A DNA stretch of 64,000 nucleotides from positions 33,975,504 through 34,039,503 of the forward strand of contig OZ037765.1 in NCBI GenBank assembly GCA_964035545.1. The letters run 5' to 3'. Position 1 is the stretch's first letter; the number at the start of each line of letters is the position of its first letter. The notes under the pieces were generated by a model. It had not been told where the DNA came from. It saw nothing but the letters and a program-made list of their open reading frames with translations, and searched no databases. The stretch is from Bugula neritina. Its lineage: Eukaryota > Animalia > Bryozoa. This document shows positions 12,102 through 24,212 of the stretch, in pieces. A program made the position numbers and the translations under genes.

Positions 12102-15100
12102 ATAGTGGGGGTGCCAACATGCAAAAATGGGCGGGTGGAGCGCATCAATACTAACCTTTGTTGCTATATATCACTGCAAAGCTAACATTCTACTGATCTC
12201 AGATCTGCGAGTACCTTTTTTGTATCTGGGGGGGTTCTCTCGTGAGAGGGGTGGATATACAGGGGTTCAGCATTTTTCAAGGGGGGACTATGGAACTCTA
12301 AATATTTAATTTTCTGAGTAGTTTAAGTTTGACATTAAAAATATTTTCAAGGAATGTTGTACACATATGAAACTTTCTCTAACAAAAGTTTTGACCAAAA
12401 ATAAAAAAGTGGGCGGAGCCTATAATATGACAAACTACTTTTTTGCATATACCGGATATTCTCTAAACTGCTACTTTTCTGTTCTAGCATTTAGAATGTT
12501 GATTTTTGGTATGAAAACACTCTATTGTGTTCTAATAATGCTCCCCAGTTTTCATTACATTCTGAACTATATAACTTCTTTCCCAACCATAACAAATAAA
12601 AAACATAAAACGGGAGTTATCTCCTCCGTTATAAATTATTGCATTTCTACCCAATAATATTGCTCTTTGCTGATAGGAACAACATCAGCATGATAAAAAT
12701 GTATTCTTAGTGTATTTATATTAGCTTATTGACTTATTTTGAATAACTGATTACAATCAATACTATTAATATTCAATATTTACTGTATAAATTGAGTGTC
12801 AGCAATAATTAACAGACCACTAATATTCCATTTTTTATCCATAAGTATAGTAACATAAAATATGGTTCATAAAAAAGTAATATTATGATTTCAGCATCAC
12901 AAGCAATTACTATGCTCTTTTATATCAGATATTGGTAGACATTTTAATTTTATTTATTTATAAATAAGATGGTATTTAAATTTTAATTTACAATAGATCA
13001 AGCTTTATTACAAAGTTTTGTTATCTCTAGCGTTTATATACCAAATTAAATATATTATAATTCTTCATCAGAACTGTGTTTGTTGCCATCATCATCATAA
13101 TCAGGCTCTTTGTTTGAAAAAGAAGACTGGCCACTTTTGTTGTTGCAATCGAAACATTCACATAAACCACAGCATTTCATCATCAGGCGCTTGCATTTGC
13201 ATGCTTTACTCTTGCAGCTTGCTTTTTTGTATTTACATGCTGTTAAAATCACATCTGCATTGCTCTCAAAATCATATTTTATTGGAGTCAAGCTAGTGTC
13301 CCAACCATGGTCAAAAATTGGCTGATGAAGTAAAATAGGTGTTAAAGCAAGTTGCCAAAGTGTAACTTGATAGTTGGCTCGTTTCACGTGATATTCTAAG
13401 GAATTCCTGCTAGGTGGTAGCTGTGCTTCACTGGAGACATTTTTTAAAGCCAATATTTTATATCTTCCTTCAGTGATATCATCATAGGCACCATATAGGT
13501 TGGAGACAAATCGTTCACACTCTAAGTATGTTTCATCTGATAATGGGGACCAATCATCAGAACCTAAAGACAGATTATAGCGTCCCTTTTCAAGTACCTC
13601 CAAAGCACGCTTTTTAGATATTCGGAAGATAGAACTTACTGAATCCCAACCTGTAAGTGCATGGAGTGATAACAGATTCTTGAGAACTTTTTGTGGAATT
13701 TTTTTGGCTAATTCAGAAAGAGATATATATCTTCTGTGACTCCATATTCCAACAAAGATTACTACATCTTTATTAGCCTGCTCAGTTAAAACATTACTAA
13801 AATGATGTTAGGCGCAATAATAGCAACATCGGTATCTACTGATCTTATTACTACCAAATCGTAATCACTCAGTGCATTAGCTGCGTGAAGGATTGGTCTG
13901 CTTCATCATGATTGGATTTCAATTTGTTACAATTGTAACGATAATGGTTTTGCAGAACACAGACTTCTTTGGCACTACACACTAAAAATGTACCAGCTGG
14001 AATTTTCTCAATATGTCTACTCTACACCTTCACTATGTAATCTACCAACTCATTTTTGTTGTGAATATTGCTCAGAAAAGCACTCCAGTTTTTAGGAACA
14101 GGCACGTTGTCATGAATAATGGAAATAGAGCACATCTGTTGGGCACCCCGTCTAATACGCTCTTGTGTTTTAATTGATGTTTCAGAATACACGTCAAACA
14201 CTACATCAACCCTTGTATATCCTTTGCCACATTCAAGAAATACTTCCAACATCTTCAGAGCGTAGTTATAAAAAGTGCCTGATGTTTTTGTCGAGTGAAG
14301 TATGCACATACTGTCAATAATGATCGATTTGTTGGTGGACAGTTGACTATCATCATTGGAGACCCTGTTTCCAAGATATTTCTGTTCCAAAATATGCATT
14401 AGTTGCGATATGCATATTTTTCTCATCTGTCCGTTTTCAGTAAGTAGAGCAAGAGGAATGAGACCAATTTCTTTCTCTAGAACTGTATGCAAATCTACTT
14501 CTCGGCTTTTGGCGCTTATGAGAAGTTTAGCAAATGATATTTTAGGAACATTTGGTTTAATGGCCGGTTGAAGTGGTTTAGCCACAAAGTCAAAGGAAGG
14601 AATTTTAAGCCAGTGAATAGCAGTGTAAAATGGTTTTATTGCATTCAAAAGTCTATCTTGAAAAAACTTTTGAGCCGTGTCTGCTCCCTGAGCCGTAGCG
14701 GTCACTATTGACAAGGAGGTCTCAGCATCGGGACTTACTCCAGTAGCAATATTAATAAGTTCAGTTGAATTATTGCTAAACAACTTAACATCAAACTGAT
14801 GTAATGTAAAAAAAATTGCTTGTATATCAATCTCATCCTTCATAGTTGTAATGATTGTCTTCCTTGTGTAGTGTTGATGACTGTGAGGTTATTTGGCAAA
14901 AATCCTTTTGCAAAGAGAGCAGTTGGGCTCTGATATGACTAGTTAAGAACCATTTTGTCCGAGCTTCTTCGTGGTTGCTAATGCCAATAATACCTCCAGA
15001 TGTTTTACTGTCTCGGTTCAAAGTTTGCTGCAAGACCTGATCTGGAGCCATATCTGCAAATTTTTTTCCTGTCCTTTTTTTTACGGTAAATGAACCCTTT

Positions 15101-17262
15101 GCAAACATTCCATAAACTTCCGGAGCAGATTCAGGCAAATTTAGCATATCAATAAGGTATATAGGCAGCCACCTTGAGTAGTTTGTGCCATCATACGCAA
15201 AAAATACTGGTAGCATTGCCTGCATACTGTCCAAATATAATTGCCAGTTGCCACTATGCTCAGCTCGAATAAATCCCAACATGGCTTCTACTGCATGAAG
15301 GTAAGAATTCCAGAACATTGAAAGGTTAGATTTTAATTTAGTATCAGAATCAAACTTTTTTATAGCAGTAGCAACTTTATCTGCGACAGTGGTCCGTTCA
15401 CGTAAGTTATCACCAATAGAAATATTATGATAATCTAATGGGTCAAACTGCTCATTTTCTTGAAGCCATTCCGAAAGAGATTTTAGTTTCTGCCTTGATA
15501 TTGCCTCATACAAAATCTTGTGTGCCCGTACACCTCTGTTATTATGCTTACCACATAGCACCTGTTTCACTGTAACTTCAGAATATATATCCCTGTGCAC
15601 AAAAACTTGGGCGAAGCCGCTTGGTTTTACCATTTTGTCAAGTGCTGCCATGTAATTCATCAAGATATGAAAACCGCCCATTCGAATTATTGCGTTTGAA
15701 AATTCAGTTGGTTTGTTCCATTGAATCTCTTTGGCAATCTTGTAGATAGCTTGGTCAAATGTAATTATTGAATGTTTCTGATTTAAAACTTCCATAGTTT
15801 TCTTTAGCTGCAGAAGAATAGTATAAATTGTTGATGGACCTGTTGATGGTGCATTAATAATTGGGCAATACCCAATGACTGATCTTTTATTATCTTCTGT
15901 GGCAACCAAATTTCTTACATTAAAGCTACTCCAGCTGGGGCAGTTATGTGTAGAAGGATTTATATCCAATTGAAATAGTTTGATTGGGGCAAGTCTTGCC
16001 AATAGCCATGCTGTATTTAGATTACATGAATCCTCAAGTGACTTTTTCATATTCAGTAATGTCTTTTGACTACGTTTTGTGATAAAATATGATTTTGAGA
16101 GCAATGCAGATGTGATTTTAACAGCATGTAAATACAAAAAAGCAAGCTGCAAGAGTAAAGCATGCAAATGCAAGCGCCTGATGATGAAATGCTGTGGTTT
16201 ATGTGAATGTTTCGATTGCAACAACAAAAGTGGCCAGTCTTCTTTTTCAAACAAAGAGCCTGATTATGATGATGATGGCAACAAACACAGTTCTGATGAA
16301 GAATTATAATATATTTAATTTGGTATATAAACGCTAGAGATAACAAAACTTTGTAATAAAGCTTGATCTATTGTAAATTAAAATTTAAATACCATCTTAT
16401 TTATAAATAAATAAAATTAAAATGTCTACCAATATCTGATATAAAAGAGCATAGTAATTGCTTGTGATGCTGAAATCATAATATTACTTTTTTATGAACC
16501 ATATTTTATGTTACTATACTTATGGATAAAAAATGGAATATTAGTGGTCTGTTAATTATTGCTGACACTCAATTTATACAGTAAATATTGAATATTAATA
16601 GTATTGATTGTAATCAGTTATTCAAAATAAGTCAATAAGCTAATATAAATACACTAAGAATACATTTTTATCATGCTGATGTTGTTCCTATCAGCAAAGA
16701 GCAATATTATTGGGTAGAAATGCAATAATTTATAACGGAGGAGATAACTCCCGTTTTATGTTTTTTATTTGTTATGGTTGGGAAAGAAGTTATATAGTTC
16801 AGAATGTAATGAAAACTGGGGAGCATTATTAGAACACAATAGAGTGTTTTCATACCAAAAATCAACATTCTAAATGCTAGAACAGAAAAGTAGCAGTTTA
16901 GAGAATATCCGGTATATGCAAAAAAGTAGTTTGTCATATTATAGGCTCCGCCCACTTTTTTATTTTTGGTCAAAACTTTTGTTAGAGAAAGTTTCATATG
17001 TGTACAACATTCCTTGAAAATATTTTTAATGTCAAACTTAAACTACTCAGAAAATTAAATATTTAGAGTTCCATAGTCCCCCCTTGAAAAATGCTGAACC
17101 CCTGTATATCCACCCCTCTCACGAGAGAACCCCCCCAGATACAAAAAAGGTACTCGCAGATCTGAGATCAGTAGAATGTTAGCTTTGCAGTGATATATAG
17201 CAACAAAGGTTAGTATTGATGTGCTCCACCCGCCCATTTTTGCATGTTGGCACCCCCACTAT
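12102..17262 (-). mobile_element. DNA transposon derivative with 1181-bp inverted arms (12102-13282 / 16082-17262) and a decayed large transposase-like gene
   Basis: Arms are reverse complements, with mirrored ORFs in the track and one substitution noticed. Termini are TAGTGGGGGTGCC...GGCACCCCCACTA. Internal ORF fragments lie on the - strand. Confidence 0.88.
13055..16081 (-). pseudogene. Frameshifted transposon-encoded protein with RMGGFH / NYSRWLP / DQ..QQTLNRDSKTSGGIIG motifs, a PIN/FEN1-like region (IIIDSM, VDVVFDVY, HALTGWD) and a C-terminal Cys-rich CXC-like domain
   Basis: ORFs 14833..16081, 14022..14843 and 13055..13603 lie in different frames with stops or frameshifts between them; the native N-terminus is missing. 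Superfamily not assigned. Confidence 0.7.
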
Positions 17263-18430
17263 TAGTTAAAGCTACTGATAATAATTACTTTGAACTCCCC
17301 TATACTGAAGTCATATTCTACACTATCATGTCAGCTAATTCTTCCTAAAAGATGACTGTTGCAAGAGCTTTTTGATTGTTTGAAAGCTTTTACAACAGCT
17401 TTTTACTTGTAGTTTTTGTTTATTGAGTCAATACAGCTCCATTTCCCTCTTGTTAAAGATGCAGTCAACTTAAACTTTATTGCCCAAATAGTTGTTACAG
17501 TTTTGTGAAAAAAATAAACTGTTGGCATTGGGCAAAAGATTGAGCTGTGTGGCCTTCTTCTGTGCATCGAGCACACAGCATCAGGGCTATCACAACACAT
17601 GTAGGCATCCGTGCCATACAGCATCAGTGCTTACACAATGGCTGCAACATCGTTCATTGAATATACAACTTGAGTTGCGTTTGTACCTTCACGATTTTTA
17701 GTCAGAAATTAAGGAGGAACCTGGACAAGTGTTGTTAACTGAAACTCGCTACTTTTTTCAGCAGAGGTAAAATAAACGAAATTTAAGAAAGGCTCATGGA
17801 AATATATTAAAGTATATTATTATTGTACATCATGATTACCTTATGCCATGTTGCAGTGATCGATCTGATGGATATCATTAATATCAAATTAAACTTTCCA
17901 GCTCATATATCAAATTTAAAGCTAAAATTAATTATTCAACTATTCATTTGGAATATATAGTAAATAAATGTTGTATATGCATATAAGGCATGTGATAGAT
18001 GAAGAATATAATATTGTAATGCTTCAGTAACCCTCAAAGCTATAAACACTGCACTATATAATAGATCATATACACCTAACAGTTGTGACTCAACTGCTTT
18101 AAGACAAAAATTTCAATCTAGATTAAAGCCAATTTTCATACAACTTTTACCTAAAAAATGACCAACAAACAAGTTGGCTGACTTAATTTTCTGAAACAAA
18201 CAAGCTTTTGAGTTTTGGGCGCATGTAGATATAAAATGTGATTTATTTATTTATTTGACAGTTTGAGGTTGATCGAGGGCAAAATTATCTTATACTGTGT
18301 GTTATATAATTTACTGTATTATATAATATACTGTGTGTTATATTCAGTATACTGCGTGTAGGTATAAGGTTATAGGTTATAGGTTATAGTAGGTTATATT
18401 ATGAGTCATGGTTGCTTGCCAACACATTTT

Positions 18431-18982
18431 CTGCCTAGTACCTGCCTACTACCTGCCTAGTACCTGCCTACTACCTGCCTAGTTCCTGCCTATAGTACCT
18501 GCCTAGTACCTGCCTAGTACCTGCCTGGTACCTGCCTGGTACCTGCCTGGTATCTGTCTAGTTCCTGCCTAGTTCCTGTCTAGTACCTGTCTATAGTACC
18601 TGCCTACTACCTGCCTATAGTACCTGCCTACTACCTGCCTAGTACCTGCCTAGTACCTGCCTAGTACCTGCCTAGCACCTGCCTGGTACCTGCCTGGTAT
18701 CTGTCTAGTTCCTGCCTAGTTCCTGTCTAGTACCTGTCTATAGTACCTGCCTACTACCTGCCTATAGTACCTGCCTACTACCTGCCTAGTACCTGCCTAG
18801 TACCTGCCTAGTACCTGCCTAGTACCTGCCTAGTACCTGCCTAGTACCTGCCTAGTTCCTGCCTAGTACCTGCCTAGTACCTGCCTAGTACCTGCCTAGT
18901 TCCTGCCTAGTTCCTGCCTAGTTCCTGCCTGGTACCTGCCTAGTACCTGCCTAGTACCTGCCTAGTTCCTGCCTAGTTCCTA
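18431..18982. repeat. 11-bp minisatellite (CTAGTACCTGC)n
   Basis: Tandem units read directly. Confidence 0.95.
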
Positions 18983-19354
18983 GGTTAAACCTGGACTTGT
19001 AATGAGAAATAAAGTTACTATTATCAAACCGAATTCTTATCACAACCAAACATGAACGTCCTCAATACCAAATTCAAATGGCAAACATATACATGTAATA
19101 TATTTAAAGCTATGTAATATTATTACAGATATAGTTATAACAAAAGCATTCCAACTTAAGTACTACATATACATTATATATAATAAATATATATAGAAAG
19201 AATATATGGCATATAATAAATTAAGAATATTTAACCCCATAACTATAAACACTACACTAATTGATAATATACACATAATATATATATATATATATATTAT
19301 AATAGTATGATATTTTACAAACAGAAATCTAATATACTATTTGATAATATACAC

Positions 19355-19408
<54 letters not shown>

Positions 19409-20948
19409 ATATATATATTATATTAGTATGATATTTTACAAACAGGAATCTATATATACTAATCGCAATTTATATATAAGCGGAGACTTGCTACTAAAGT
19501 ATTTTCTTAACCTAGCTTTACCCAAAATCATTCTTCCAACTATTTAAGAGTCATAAATAAGGAATAATAAACTTTTGTAAAAAAATTTAGCTTTTAAATT
19601 TGAGACATTTCAGATTAATTTTTTTATGTATTATAGTTGTACTTTTTGATGATTTGAAAATAGTTTGAATGCAAGATTCGTGAATATCACAGATTATGCC
19701 TTCCATTGTTAGTAGTTTCATGTAGTGTTTCATGTTTCATGATGAAGTGCTATACAATATCTTCCATATCATAATAATATATTATAATAATATATATGAT
19801 AAAAGTTGTGAGTATTTAAAGTATAGCAGCTTCTGTCAAAACCCAGATGACAAACTTTTTTTTTTAAATTTGGACATTTTTAAAAAAGAAAATTTGCTCA
19901 AATCTATAGATTGATGATGCAGCACTAATCAAAGTTTTATATGCTTTGGTACCCTTTCTGACAATACATTACCATTTTAAGAAAATATTGCCATGGAAAC
20001 TAATTCACTTTAGTCCATTGCATAACTTGTTAGAACAGTTCTCTTAAATGCTGAAGCCAGCTAGGCAAAGTGTAGGGAATGCTCATGAACTATGCCTGTA
20101 CCCATGTTATATTGCTATATAGTTACCAATAAACTCTATTTTATTACCAAATTATATTTGATTGCCAGTTAGTACATGTTGAGGGTTTTGTTATTCAATT
20201 TCGCTTCAACAAATCATCTTACGTCAGTTTTTACAGTAAAGAAAACCTCTTATAGCTAATAAATGTTTTATTGAATATATCATGCGTAGACTGAGGTCAG
20301 TACAAACTTGTGTTACCGGGAGACAAGTTATGCTGCCAGAAACAAAATGCTGCCTTACAAATCTCCAGTACCGTGTACTAAGTTAACCAGGACCCTGCTT
20401 ACTGACAATGTCAATGGTGAGTTCTGTTGAATAATATCCAGCTCTTTAATTGGCCCTTTATGCCCAACTTATGATTAGGAGTTGCCCTCTCCTTCAGGTA
20501 TTCCCTGTGACAATATCATATAGAAATGAATTACTAAAATTTAAATAATTGCCTGTTCTAGGAAACATTTAGTTTGATATTAATGCCACACATACTTCAA
20601 TGAATTTATTATAAAAATATATCATCATTGTGAATTTTGGCCAAAATAAATTTGAAATTGTTTTTGTCGTCACTTGTTTATTGAGCAATGCTGAGTGGCA
20701 GCTAGGGTATAATCAAATTAACCACACATGCTGCCTGTCACCTCACCACTCTGGTTAGTCGGCCAACCACACATGCTGCCTGTCACCTCACCACTCTGGT
20801 TAGTCGGCCAATAACATTTGATAGCCCAAACTATGCTAATAGATTCGAAGGAAACAGAGCGCCAAGATGAGGCTAGTTGATAGAAGTTGCTATATTTACT
20901 ATGTGTATACTGTAATAATATAATAATACATTTATCATATACTTGCAG

Positions 20949-21796
20949 ACGAAAGAAAGCTTCAGGTCTACTTGGAACGGTTGCTAAGAGACAGGAGGAA
21001 ACAGAGTGCCAAGATGAGGCAGCAGCTGACAGCATTTGAAAATCATCAAGCTGCCAAAAAGAGGCTGTGGAGCAGAACAGACGAACTTCAGCTCAGTAGA
21101 CTCAACTTACCACAGATACAGTTGGGGAAGACGACTCTGAAGTCAGTGGCACTAGAGGAGGTAAGTAGCTGAGTTGAGTAGAAACATAGTCCAAGGTTTT
21201 ATATAAGCAAAACTAAACCTTTTGGCATACATTTAGTCTACCGCAAATATGATAAGACATCATTTGCTATATACTGTGTTGTTTGTAACAGCTTCCTGTC
21301 ACTACTTCCTGTAACTACTTCCTGTTCCTATTTCCTGTTCCTACTTCCTGTCACTACTTCCTCTCACTACTTCCTGTGAGAAATTTCTTCTCCTAACTTT
21401 GATTTACTTTCTTTATCATGCTGTAAACAATGTAGTGATTAGAAATGAAATTCTAATATTGCAAAACATTTTATGAATATATGACTACTACTGCAGTTTA
21501 CTTTTCTATTCCCTGTTCTCCAGATTTACAGAAAGCCTAAGAACCTGAAAACAGCGGAGTTCACGGTACCTCTGTTGCCAGTGATGGTAGGTGAAGACAT
21601 GCAGAAGATTGTGGAGTACAACAAGCAGATATTCATCACCAGACTTCCCACAGTAGAGAGACTGACAACCAGACAAATGAGGAGGTACAATGGGTACAAG
21701 GGTTCTCGTCTGTTAGAAGATAAGAAAGCTCTTCAAGATAAACGATTCAAAAGACTGTCAGATGCTCTGTCAGAAAGGAAAAGTGCAACAAAATAA
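20949..21796 (+). CDS. Small basic/coiled-coil protein of unknown function; last two exons 20949-21160 and 21524-21796 (first exon not located)
   Basis: ttgcag| acceptor, GAG|gtaagt donor and ctccag| acceptor join ERKLQVYLERLL...VALEE to IYRKPKNL...ALQDKRFKRLSDALSERKSATK* in frame. Confidence 0.6.
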
Positions 21797-23209
21797 AATC
21801 TAGTAAACCTTTCTTTATGACAAGATCTTTGACTTACATGTAATGTATACTTTATGTTATAATATTATATAATATACTTTGTGTTATAATATAATGCACT
21901 GTGTGTTATATAATATACTGTGTGTTATATAATATACTGTGTGTTATATAATATTCTGTGTATTATATAATATACTGTGTATTATATAATATACTGTGTG
22001 TTATATAATATATAATTTTATCATTTTATTATGGTACTCTATTATGCAATATGCTATATGTTACGTTGTGTTTATTGCTAAAGAGGCTAAACATATTATT
22101 AGGTTTTATTATGTTATGTTATACAATATATTATATTTTTCCACAGTATATGATATACAGTATTTTATATTGCACAAGCTCAGCTTCAGTATTATAATAT
22201 GAAAATATGTTTTCTAGTTAAAAGAATATATTTTTGTATTATCTTCAATTTACTATTGAGAATAAAAAATCAGTTCACTTATCACATGACTTCCGTTATA
22301 CATAATACTATATACATAATATATTAGTATTACACTACATCAATATAATCTAATGTGGTATAATAGAACATAGCATTGTATTAAATTAGTAAATCAACTT
22401 GAAAAATAGAAAAAGTGAAGCCAGCTAACTGCCTGTTTGATTCTAATCATAGCTGTGTTTCCACAAACAGTTCAGTGTGCACTGCGGGCAAAGGAAAAGA
22501 CTCCCCAAGCTCGATGTTATTATTTGCTGAGAAATATATTCATTACATACCTCAATAAGTGCTCAACAAAAGATGACTGGAAGCTATAAAATATTTGAGT
22601 TTATCTGATACTGTATCTCTATATAACAAGGTATTTAGAGCCCTGAACAATGTGCAGTCCTCTCATTGTTTTGGTTAATTGTTTGTCATTATCTAGAAAA
22701 ACTATGTAGTGATCTCCACACTAATTTATTAACACAACGCTCGAAAATTTGACTTAAGGCAAATTGAACGTTGAAATTATTACTATATATAACCTTACAT
22801 TAAAACAATCTCAGTTGAACATGAAAGGTTAGTGGAAACACTGGTTGCTGCTGTTTAAAACTTGCTGCGTGTGCTCATATTTTGTCAGATGTGAAGTTAC
22901 ATAAACAAACAAATGGCAAGGGAATAAATCTCAAATAACCATATTTTACAGCTGAAAGCTGAACATTCAACTTTATTAATAAGAATCATACAGAACTTTA
23001 TAAACTTGGCTACTGATATAAACCAGATGATCTTATAGCAGTTGGAGGCACACAAACTAGATATAGTATAAGAGATGATCACCTGAGACCTACTAAGTGA
23101 TAGAATCAGTTATTTGACATGGTATAATGATGTGATATACATAGTGTATCTGTTGTTTGTAATTTGAAACATCTGGTTCTATCAGTAAAATATGGTGAAT
23201 CAAGACTTT

Positions 23210-23513
23210 CCCCTCATTCACACTTACCGTATCGTATGCCGTAACAGCAAATATCAACCATTTTTACAAATGTCTGAGCTTCCTGTACGACGTTGCGGTA
23301 CGGTAGGATCAAACACTGCTTGATTCAAATAAGTTGCGACGAACTCCTATTGGACAAAAAAATATTATTTGCGTTAATTCATTGGATATAATTGTCCAAT
23401 GAAGTGTCATAGATTGTACCTAATAGCGGACTTTGAAAACTTCAGCCCGAACACATTAAAAATGGCTGATTTTTGCTGTTACGGCATACGATACGGTAAG
23501 TGTGAATGAGGGG
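23210..23513. mobile_element. MITE with ~50-bp TIRs, probably PIF/Harbinger-type; same family as 60955-61255
   Basis: CCCCTCATTCACACTTACCGTATCGTATGCCGTAACAGCAAA ... TTTGCTGTTACGGCATACGATACGGTAAGTGTGAATGAGGGG, with a second dispersed copy in the window. Confidence 0.85.
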
Positions 23514-24212
23514 ATTATATTGTAACCAAAACACAGAATACTAAAGTAATGATACCATAAAAAGCTAATAAAATACTTTCAGTTGTTAAAGAGCAGCAAA
23601 ATAAAGCAGCAGGATAGAAGTGAACTGCTGTTACAGGAAGTAAATACTAATATTAAAAAGTAGGTCAAACAACTTGTATGATAGTGTGATTCCCATATCT
23701 ATACCATTATCTGTACCTTTAATAGTGATTACATGAAGTACACATGCAGCTGTATATAGTTTATCTGTTCAGAGACAGGTTTATTATGTCAGTTATGTCA
23801 AGAATAATTAGTTTAGGAATCATCTTCTCTTTCGTACCCAGTATTCCCATATAACAGCTAGAGATATGAGTGAGTGTAGTTTGGTCTACAGCTCATTGTA
23901 AACTACATCAAGCAGCTATGAACGCCTGTTGCTTGTTAGATATAGATGAAGTATGTTTCCTATAAGATAGTGTCAAATGATCCAAATACAAGAGAGAACT
24001 GCATCATGCTTCTGAACTAAGTTAGTAAATAATAATCATGATACAGTTACGATGAGTAAATGTAAAGTTATAAGTACTTCAGGATTTAGAGAAAATAACT
24101 GGTAGTATGAGTACTTTGTATAGATTATACAATATGGAGTTGAATAGAGCCATATAATAGTATATACTAATACATAGTATGAAAGGTTCGGTTCTGGTAA
24201 AATCTCGTGAAA

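Noticed and set aside
16082-16254. N-terminus MFEKEDW... of the 473-aa ORF
   Set aside because: It is the antisense reading of the inverted 3' arm fused at the 16081/16082 junction, not a native N-terminus.
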